Below are positions 1 through 7,541 of a stretch of 64,000 bases of DNA, in pieces. The DNA is from Longimicrobiales bacterium (lineage in GTDB: Bacteria > Gemmatimonadota > Gemmatimonadetes > Longimicrobiales > Gaopeijiaceae): assembly GCA_965202805.1 (NCBI GenBank), contig OZ241869.1, forward strand, positions 1,600,001 through 1,664,000, given 5' to 3'. A program made the translations under genes and the position numbers. Below the pieces are notes generated by a model, which saw only the letters and a list, made by a program, of their open reading frames with translations, ran no database searches and was not told the DNA's origin. The first letter of the stretch is position 1; every line of letters begins with the position of its first letter.

Positions 1-194
1 TCGTTGCCGTGGCTCAGGGCCGGAGGGCCCCGATAACCTGATTTGCGCGGGCCTGATGCTCTGATAATAGCGACGACGCGCATGCTCCGGCACCAGCCGA
101 TTCGTCCAATCCCGACCGCACACAGGCTGGCGCGGTCCGGGGCGTCGCTCCATCATCCATGGCGTTGCCCCAACAGGCCCCGGAGGAACGCCCC

Positions 195-2033
195 ATGCCT
201 CGGTCCGAACACCAGATTGCCCTGATCGCTCTCGCGCTCACTCCGTGGCTGACGACCGCTTGCGGCCCCGCCGACCCCTCGGGCATGCAGGCGGACATGA
301 ACGCGGATCTGCTGGCAGCCGCGGTGCGCACGCACATCTCCGCGGCCTCGCTGGAGCCTCATGCGCGCGCGATCGTGGAGCACGACCGCCTGTCGGGGAG
401 CGAGGGCGAGAACGCGGCGATCGACTACGTCGTCGAGACGCTCGAGGCGGCCGGCGTACCGGTGGAGGTGCACGCCTTCGAGACCTACGTCTCCGATCCG
501 ATCTCGGCATCGGTGTCCGTGCCCGACGGCCCCGCCTTCAGCGCCATCACGTCGTCGTTCTCCGCAACGGTGGGCTCGTTGCGCGCGCCGCTGGTCGACC
601 TGGGTGCGCCCGCCAATCTGCCTCCCGTCGAGGTCGGCACGGGCGAGCGCATCGTGCTCGCCGGGGAAGGAATGGACGGAGCCGGCGCGCGCGACCTTCC
701 CGACGTCGCTGGGGCCATCGTGCTCCTGGACGGGCAGCCGAGGAACATCCCGGTCGTCGTTCTGGACCGGCTGGGTGCCGTCGGGGTCATCTTCGTGCAC
801 CCCGAAGAGCGGGTGAACGACCTCATCGTCACCTCGACCTGGGGCACGCCTTCGCTGCTCAACTACCACCGCCTGCCCGACATGCCCGTTGCACACGTCG
901 CGCGCAGCGCGGGAGAGCGACTTCGGGCATTGCTCGCCCGCGGCCCGCTCGAGGTCGAGCTTTCGGCACGCGCCGACACCGGATGGAAGGAGCTTCGGCT
1001 CGCCATCGCCCGCATCCCCGGACCCGAACCGGAGAGCCCCTACGTCCTGTTCGGCGGGCACATCGACGGATGGTATCACGCGGCGACCGACGAAGGGGCG
1101 TCGAACGCGGCGATGCTCGACCTGGCCCTCGCCTTCCACGCCGAGCGGGAGCGCATGCGGCGCGGCCTGGTGGTGGCCTGGTGGCCGGGCCACTCGAACG
1201 CGCGCTATGGTGGATCGACCTGGTTCGCCGACCACTTCTTCGAGGAGCTGCGCTCGCGCGCGGTGGCCCATGTGAACGTGGATGGCATCGGACAGATGGG
1301 CGCGCGCCTGTTCGCAGCCGCGACGACCGCCTCGCTGGGCGAGGTCGCGCGCTTCGCCATGCAGCGCGGCGAGGACGCCAACATCCAGCCCACCCGGCCG
1401 GCCCGCAACTCCGACCAGTCGTTCAACGGAGTCGGGCTGCCGCTCCTGCAGCTCTACCGCAACCGCGCGCAGGAGGACGGCGGCTACTGGTGGTGGCACA
1501 CTCCGGAGGACACGTTCGACAAGATCGACTTCGACATCCTGGAGGGCGACACCTACCTGTACGCGATCGCGCTCTCGGCGCTGCTCGGACGGGAAGTGCT
1601 GCCGTTGGACCTGGTGGGTCAGGTCGAGGCTCTGGGCGCGGCCATCACCGCTCGCTCCGAAGCGGGCAGCGGTCAGTTCGATCTCTCACAGGCCTCCGAG
1701 GCCCAGGGCGAACTTCTCGCGCTGGCGGGCCGGCTGCAGGCGGCGCTCCCGCGCGCGACCGGCTCGCCGGAGCTCGACATGGCGCTCGTGGACGTGCTGC
1801 GGCCAATGCACCGGGTCCTCTACGTGCCCAAGACCCCGCACCACCCGGACGCGGGCGCGGTCCCCGGCCCCCTTCCCGGCCTCGCTCCGACCCGGATCCT
1901 CGTTGCGGCGGCGTCCGGCAGCGAGCGCTACCGCCTCGCCATGGCCACCCTGGTGCGCGAGCGGAACCGGCTGCTGGAGGCGATCGCCGAATCGAACCGC
2001 CGGGCCGCCGCCCTGCTCGCGTCGCTGGACTGA
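195..2033 (+). CDS. M28 family Zn-peptidase with PA domain, probable lipoprotein
   Basis: GGAGG RBS at 182-186 before ATG 195; lipobox-like LTTAC; M28 motifs GGHIDGW, ATDEGASNAAML, HVNVDGIG, SDQSF, WHTPEDT. Confidence 0.85.
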   Translation: MPRSEHQIALIALALTPWLTTACGPADPSGMQADMNADLLAAAVRTHISAASLEPHARAIVEHDRLSGSEGENAAIDYVVETLEAAGVPVEVHAFETYVSDPISASVSVPDGPAFSAITSSFSATVGSLRAPLVDLGAPANLPPVEVGTGERIVLAGEGMDGAGARDLPDVAGAIVLLDGQPRNIPVVVLDRLGAVGVIFVHPEERVNDLIVTSTWGTPSLLNYHRLPDMPVAHVARSAGERLRALLARGPLEVELSARADTGWKELRLAIARIPGPEPESPYVLFGGHIDGWYHAATDEGASNAAMLDLALAFHAERERMRRGLVVAWWPGHSNARYGGSTWFADHFFEELRSRAVAHVNVDGIGQMGARLFAAATTASLGEVARFAMQRGEDANIQPTRPARNSDQSFNGVGLPLLQLYRNRAQEDGGYWWWHTPEDTFDKIDFDILEGDTYLYAIALSALLGREVLPLDLVGQVEALGAAITARSEAGSGQFDLSQASEAQGELLALAGRLQAALPRATGSPELDMALVDVLRPMHRVLYVPKTPHHPDAGAVPGPLPGLAPTRILVAAASGSERYRLAMATLVRERNRLLEAIAESNRRAAALLASLD

Positions 2034-2056
2034 CCTCCGCCTCATTCGCGTCTCCC

Positions 2057-2887
2057 CGGGACGGCCAGCTCGGCGCCCTGGAGGGCCGCGCCTGGGATGC
2101 GGTGATCGACAACAGCGGCTACGTACCGCGCCACGTGCGCGACTCGGCGGAGCTCCTGCGCGACTCGGTGGGCCGATACCTCTTCACCTCGACCGGATCG
2201 GTATACAGCTTCGACCAGGACGAGCTCACCGAAGATTCGGAGCTCCTCCCCATCGAGGATCCGGAAAGCGAAGACGTCGACCGCTACTACGGACCTCTCA
2301 AGATCCTCTGTGAGAACGCGGTCACCGACGTGTTCCGGGAACGCGGCACCGTGCTGCGGCTCCATGTCGTGGCGGGGCCCGGCGACACCACCGACCGCTT
2401 TACCTACTGGCCCGTGCGCATCGACCACGGCGGTGAGATCATTGCGCCGGGGAGCCGGCACACGCCTGTCCAGTACATCGATGTGCGCGATCTGGCCGAG
2501 TTCATGATCCTGTGCCTTGAGCGCGACATCGGCGGCACCTTCAACACCGCCGGTCCGGCCCTCGCTCCGACCTCGATGGCCGAGTTCGTCTACGGCATCC
2601 GCGCGATTACCAGCACGCCGCTGTCCTTCACCTGGATCGATGAGCCCTTCCTCGCCGACCGGCAGGCGCGGTTCCCGCTCTGGTATCCGCCCACGGAGGG
2701 GGCCGTGCGAGGGCTCTCGCGCGTCAGGTCCCACAAGGCCGTCGCAAAGGGGCTGAAGTTCCGCCCCATCGCGGTCACGGCTCTCGACACGCTGGAGTGG
2801 TTCAGGACGGTTCCCGAGGAACGGCGCAACCAGTTGCAACTGAACCTGGAGCGCGACCGGCAGCTCCTGGAGGAGTGGAGGGCGTAG
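2057..2887 (+). pseudogene. 5'-truncated NAD-dependent epimerase/dehydratase (extended SDR) fragment
   Basis: Frame reads RDGQLGALEGRAWDAVIDNSGY...YGPLK...DRFTYW, colinear with the intact paralog at 35177-36316, but lacks the N-terminal GGTGFIG Rossmann region and has no clear start; begins about 25 bp after the M28 stop. Confidence 0.7.
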
Positions 2888-2893
2888 GGGCGC

Positions 2894-4012
2894 CTACACC
2901 CGGAAGAGCACCGACTCGCGCCCGTAGAGCCGAATCGAGCACCAGGTCAGGAGCGCGAAGCCCAGGGCGTTCACGCCGCCCAGAAGCGCCAGCGCCAGCC
3001 AGTCGATCTGCCCCTGGATGGCCTCGCGCATCGCCAGCGCGTTGCCCAGGATGGGGACCGCGTACACCGAAGCCCCGAAGGAGCCCGGCGCGAGCGCGAA
3101 AATGGCCAGGAAGACGGACAGAAACACGAGCGGCGCGGTGTACATGCCCGCCTCGCGCTGCGAGCGCGCCCAGGTGCCGATCACCATGACCAGCGCCGAC
3201 ACCAGCAGGGCGAGCGCGGCCAGGTTCAGGGCCAGCGCCACCACCTGCGCGGGCGCCAGCGACAGCGCGCCCGGCCCGGCGAAGTCCTCGGGCGCCAGCC
3301 CCAGCCGTGCCGCCAGCATCATCCCGACGATCAGGAGGAGCGACGCCGCCACCGCGAAGGTCATGATGGCCAGGCTCTTTCCGATCACGATCGCGGGACG
3401 CGGCACGGTCGACACCAGCAGCGCCGCGAGGGTGTTCTTCTCCTTCTCCCCGACCGCGATGTAGAGCGCGCGGGCCGCGTTCGTGACCAGCAGAATCACC
3501 GCCATGTAGGGAATCAGCAGGCTGAGCGCTCCCCCCAGGCCGCCAGAGGTATCGATCAGCACGACCTCGAAGGGTCGCAGATCGCGCATGCGCAGCCCCC
3601 GCTCCGCGAGCCGGTCCTCGACGGCCCGCTGCTGGACCGCCTGCAGATCCTGGCGCAACGACGTCGCCGCCGCCCAGACCGCGTTCTCGGCGGACGCCGC
3701 CCGGATCCGGTACGCGCCATCCTCGCGAAGCACGCTCACCCAGGCTTCGCCGCCGTCCGCCACCTCTTCGAGCGTCGCGATGCGGACGAGCGGATTGGCG
3801 TCGAGCAGCCGGCGCAGGATGTCGTCGGCCCCCGGGGCGACCACGGGCACCGGCCCGGAATCATCCCCCGCGAGCCGGTCGAGGTTGCTGGCCAGGCCCA
3901 TCAGCAGGGGGAAGAAGATCAGCGCGCTCACCACCATGCCTCCGATGAGCCGGGCGTCACGCCTCAGGACCCGCATCTCCTTGCCGTAGATCAGCAGCGC
4001 CTTGCGAATCAT
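2894..4012 (-). CDS. ABC transporter permease, NatB/ABC-2 type
   Basis: KEMRVLRRD N-terminus, VGEKEKNTLAALLVSTV motif, multiple TM helices; ATGA overlap with the upstream ATPase. Confidence 0.85.
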   Translation of the reverse strand: MIRKALLIYGKEMRVLRRDARLIGGMVVSALIFFPLLMGLASNLDRLAGDDSGPVPVVAPGADDILRRLLDANPLVRIATLEEVADGGEAWVSVLREDGAYRIRAASAENAVWAAATSLRQDLQAVQQRAVEDRLAERGLRMRDLRPFEVVLIDTSGGLGGALSLLIPYMAVILLVTNAARALYIAVGEKEKNTLAALLVSTVPRPAIVIGKSLAIMTFAVAASLLLIVGMMLAARLGLAPEDFAGPGALSLAPAQVVALALNLAALALLVSALVMVIGTWARSQREAGMYTAPLVFLSVFLAIFALAPGSFGASVYAVPILGNALAMREAIQGQIDWLALALLGGVNALGFALLTWCSIRLYGRESVLFRV

Positions 4013-4761
4013 CCGCCGCGCGCTTCCTCTTCCGCCCCCACGAGGGAGAAGAAGATGTCTTCGAGGTCCCCGAGTCCGGTAGCGGCTCTCAGCGATTCGA
4101 GGGTGCCCTCGGACCTGAGCCTTCCGCGGTGGATGATGCCGATGCGGTCGGCGAGCTTCTCCGCTTCCCACAGGATGTGGGTCGAGAACAGGACCGTCTT
4201 GCCCTCCTCCTTCAGCAGGCGGATGTAGTCGATCACCTTCCTGGCGGTGAGGACGTCGAGCCCGGAGGTGGGCTCGTCCCAGATGAGGATGAGCGGGTTG
4301 GTCACCAGCGCGCGCATGAGCACGGTCTTCTGCTTCATCCCGGTCGAGAACACGTCGGTGCGCTCGTCGGCGAACCCGGTCATGTCCAGCAGATCGAAGA
4401 TGTAGGCGAGATTGTCCTCGATGGCGGCCGGGGTCATGTCGTTCAGGCGGCCGAAGAAGTGACCGATCTCGCGCGGCGTAAGGCGCTCGTAGACCCGGGT
4501 CTCGTACGACACGAAGCCGATCAGCGCGCGGATGGCGGCCTTTTCGGCTCGCACCGGGTGTCCCTGCACCCAGGCCTCGCCCGAGGTCGGGTCCATCAGG
4601 GTGCTCAGGATGCGCAGGACGGTGGTCTTCCCCGCCCCGTTGGGTCCCAGCAGCGCGTAGATCTCGCCCGCGTCGCAGTTGAGATCCAGGCGATCCACCG
4701 CCCGCACCCGGTTTCCCCCGCGCGAGCGGAATTCCTTGCTGAGCGCTTCGGTGCGGATCAT
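4009..4761 (-). CDS. ABC transporter ATP-binding protein, NatA-like
   Basis: Walker A GPNGAGKT, signature FSTGMKQK, Walker B LIWDEPTSGLD, STH. Confidence 0.92.
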   Translation of the reverse strand: MIRTEALSKEFRSRGGNRVRAVDRLDLNCDAGEIYALLGPNGAGKTTVLRILSTLMDPTSGEAWVQGHPVRAEKAAIRALIGFVSYETRVYERLTPREIGHFFGRLNDMTPAAIEDNLAYIFDLLDMTGFADERTDVFSTGMKQKTVLMRALVTNPLILIWDEPTSGLDVLTARKVIDYIRLLKEEGKTVLFSTHILWEAEKLADRIGIIHRGRLRSEGTLESLRAATGLGDLEDIFFSLVGAEEEARGG

Positions 4762-4897
4762 GTGGTTCTCTTCACCGGTTCCTGTCGCGTCCCCGATACG
4801 TTTCCGGTCACTGTCGACCCTGCCTGCCCTTGATCGGAGACGCGGCGGGTCGTCACTATTCAGGGGAAGTCCGCGGGAGAGGACCCGGAGAAGCTAT

Positions 4898-6088
4898 ATG
4901 CGCACATGGCTTTCCGCGATATTGCTCGCCGCGCTGGCGTGCGATGGCGGCACCTCGCCCACCCCGCCCGCCCGGGTCATCGTATCCCCGGGCGCGAAGC
5001 TGCTGGTGGAGGCGGGCGCGACCTTTCGCTTCGAAGCCCGGGTGACCGACGCCCAGGGCGCGGCCATCCCCGGCGCGGAGGTGGCCTGGTCGGTCGCCGA
5101 CGCTTCCGTCGCGACGGTCGACGTCACGGGACAGGCCACGGCGGTCGCCACGGGCAGCACGGAGGTCCTCGCCGCGGCCGGCGACGTGTCCGGCACGGCC
5201 ACCCTGGAAGTGTACGTCCCCGCGCCGGTCGCCGAGTACATGCCCGGCCTGACCTATTTCGGCCGCAACCGGTACGTCGAGTACATCGCCGGCGACCTGC
5301 CGCTGGTGCTGAGCGCCGGGCACGGCGGCGGGGAGGAGCCGGACGAGATTCCCCGCCGCACCTACGGGACCCTCGCGCGGGATTCGTGGACGCAGGAGAC
5401 GGCCCGGGCGGTCCGCGACTCGATCATCGCGTACTTCGGGGGCGGCCAGCCGCACGTCGTCATCAGCCGGCTCCGGCGCACGCGCCTGGATCCGAACAGG
5501 GAGATCGTGGAAGCCGCCCAGGGGAGCGAGTTTGCAGAGCAGGCCTGGCGCGAATACCACACCTTCATTCAGGTGGCTCGCGAGCGGGTCGCGGAGGACC
5601 ATGGACGGGGCTTCTACGTGGACCTGCACGGCCACTCGCATCCCACCCCGCGGGTCGAGCTGGGATACCTGCTCACCGGAAACGACCTGAGCCGCTCCGA
5701 CACCGGGTTGAACGCCCCGCGCTTCCCGGAGCAGTCCAGCATCCGCTCCCTCGCCCGCCGGGTCCATCTCTCCTTTGCCGACATCGTGCGCGGTCCCGAG
5801 AGCCTGGGGGCGCTGCTCTTCGGAGAGAGGATCACTACGGTGCCCAGCCCGCTGATCCCCGATCCGGGCGGTGAGCCTTTCTTCAGCGGTGGCTACAGCA
5901 CGCGCCGTCACGGGTCACTGGACGGCGGGGTCATCGATGGGGTCCAGATCGAGTTGCACGGCCCGGGGATCCGCGATTCCGACCGGAACCGCCGGCGCTT
6001 CGCGGGCGCCCTGGCGCGGACGCTCAGGTCCTTCCTGGAGACCCATTACGGGTTCTCGTGGGAGCCGGGCACCGCCGCCGGACGCTGA
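4898..6088 (+). CDS. Lipoprotein with Ig-like (Big_2) domain fused to an N-formylglutamate amidohydrolase-like domain
   Basis: Lipobox ALAC; WSVADASVATVD...G Big_2 pattern; LSAGHGG, LDPNR, VDLHGH, GGYST, VQIE motifs. Confidence 0.7.
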   Translation: MRTWLSAILLAALACDGGTSPTPPARVIVSPGAKLLVEAGATFRFEARVTDAQGAAIPGAEVAWSVADASVATVDVTGQATAVATGSTEVLAAAGDVSGTATLEVYVPAPVAEYMPGLTYFGRNRYVEYIAGDLPLVLSAGHGGGEEPDEIPRRTYGTLARDSWTQETARAVRDSIIAYFGGGQPHVVISRLRRTRLDPNREIVEAAQGSEFAEQAWREYHTFIQVARERVAEDHGRGFYVDLHGHSHPTPRVELGYLLTGNDLSRSDTGLNAPRFPEQSSIRSLARRVHLSFADIVRGPESLGALLFGERITTVPSPLIPDPGGEPFFSGGYSTRRHGSLDGGVIDGVQIELHGPGIRDSDRNRRRFAGALARTLRSFLETHYGFSWEPGTAAGR

Positions 6089-6161
6089 CGCGAAAGGTCT
6101 TCTGGAGGGTCCGCTCGCCTTCCGAGCGGCGACGCGTCCGGGCCGCCAGAGTGGCGGAGGA

Positions 6162-6210
6162 CCCTCTTTCGTCTGCCACATCAGGCCCAAAATGGCGGAC
6201 AACAGAGGGG
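6162..6210. repeat. Imperfect palindromic intergenic element, copy 1
   Basis: 17-bp stem (6162-6178/6193-6209) with a 14-nt loop; 35/49 ungapped identity to 57237-57285. Confidence 0.65.
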
Positions 6211-6216
6211 TGCCAC

Positions 6217-6735
6217 CTAGACGGGCAGGCTCCAGTCCACGATCAGCGCGGTCATGATCGCCGTCACCCAGCCCATGATGACGTCCCCGGGATAGTGGAC
6301 GCCCAGGTAGGCGCGTGACACACCGATGGCCAGCCCGAGGCCGAGCACGATGAAGGCCGCCAGCGGAGGAAGCGCGAAGTAGAGCGGGATGGCGACCGCC
6401 AGCCCTGCGGTGGCGTGGCCCGAGGGGAAGCTGAAGCGGTCGGGGGGCTCCATGACGAACAGTTTCGTCGGCCGCAGCTTCGGCCGCGGCCGGTTGATGG
6501 TGCGCTTCATCAGTTGCACCAGCAGATGCGAGATCGTGAGCACCGCCAGGCACTTGAGCCCCACCCTGCGGAGCCCGGACGGGAAGCCGAAGCTGAGTGC
6601 CAGCGTGATGCCCACCATCGACGGCCAGTCACCGGCGTGCGTGATGCAGCGCATGAAGATGTCGAGCCACCGCCTCCGGCGAGCGGTGATCACGTCGAGC
6701 ATGCGCTCGTCGTATGCCCTCAGTGCTGTCATCAT
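6217..6735 (-). CDS. PAP2 family membrane phosphatase
   Basis: KRTINRPRP, SFPSGH, SRAYLGVHYPGD motifs. Confidence 0.92.
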   Translation of the reverse strand: MMTALRAYDERMLDVITARRRRWLDIFMRCITHAGDWPSMVGITLALSFGFPSGLRRVGLKCLAVLTISHLLVQLMKRTINRPRPKLRPTKLFVMEPPDRFSFPSGHATAGLAVAIPLYFALPPLAAFIVLGLGLAIGVSRAYLGVHYPGDVIMGWVTAIMTALIVDWSLPV

Positions 6736-6875
6736 GATTGGATTCCGCTCCTTGCGGCGTGCACGCCCGTGCCGACCCAAGTTAGCAGCTTCGACACCCG
6801 ACGTGCAGCAATTCGGAGATGTTTCGCGTGCACGAACGTTTGCCCACGCGAAGGCGATACCGTAGATCCCCGGAT

Positions 6876-7478
6876 ATGGATCCCGCCCTCGAGAAACTGG
6901 TGCAGGAGACGCGCGGCCTGCAGCCGTGGCGACGGGTGGTTCACGCCGCCTGCGGCCTGGGGCTCGTCGGCCTGATATGGCTGGACATCCTGGCGCCCCT
7001 GGCGCTCTCGGTGGGTCTCGGCGCGATCATTCTGGTGGCGGTCGGCACGGACGTTGTGCGCCTCCGGCGACCGGACCTCAACCGCAGGTTCTTCCGGGTG
7101 TTCCGCCACCTGGCCTCACCGCGGGAATCGCGCAGGTGGGCGTCGTCGACCTGGTACGTGATCGGGGCCGCCGCCGTGATGCTCGTGTTTCCGAGCGGGG
7201 TCTGGATCCCCAGCATCCTGGTGGTCGCGCTGGCGGATCCGTGCGCCAGCGTCTGCGGCCAGCTCTGGGGCCGTGCCGAGCCGGGGCAGCCTTCCCTGCT
7301 CGGGTCCGGGGTCTTCTGGGCGGTGGCGACGCTGTGCGTGTTGCCGTTCGTCGGACCGGGCCCGGCGGTGGTCGTCGGCCTGGTGGCGGCGGCGGCCGAG
7401 CGGGCGCCCATCCCGGTGGACGACAACGTGACGGTGGCGCTGGTCACCGCGGTCGCGCTCACCCTGCTCTCGGGATGA
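6876..7478 (+). CDS. Polyprenol/diacylglycerol (dolichol/phytol) kinase-like membrane protein
   Basis: RRVVH, ALADPCASVCG, SLLGS, AERAPIPVDDNVTV motifs of the CTP_transf_1/dolichol kinase family. Confidence 0.75.
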   Translation: MDPALEKLVQETRGLQPWRRVVHAACGLGLVGLIWLDILAPLALSVGLGAIILVAVGTDVVRLRRPDLNRRFFRVFRHLASPRESRRWASSTWYVIGAAAVMLVFPSGVWIPSILVVALADPCASVCGQLWGRAEPGQPSLLGSGVFWAVATLCVLPFVGPGPAVVVGLVAAAAERAPIPVDDNVTVALVTAVALTLLSG

Positions 7479-7541
7479 CGAGACTGCCTCGCCCTCCGCG
7501 CCCGCGGCCGACTCGCGCCGGTCGGTGCCGGTCAGAGCCGG

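Noticed and set aside
245..2056. N-terminal 600 aa of the 880-aa ORF 245..2887
   Set aside because: Arg/Pro/Gly-rich alternate frame over the M28 gene; only the part after about 2057 looks like a real protein.
6162..6210. Integron attC site
   Set aside because: Lacks RYYYAAC/GTTRRRY ends, flanking genes are convergent, and there is no integrase.
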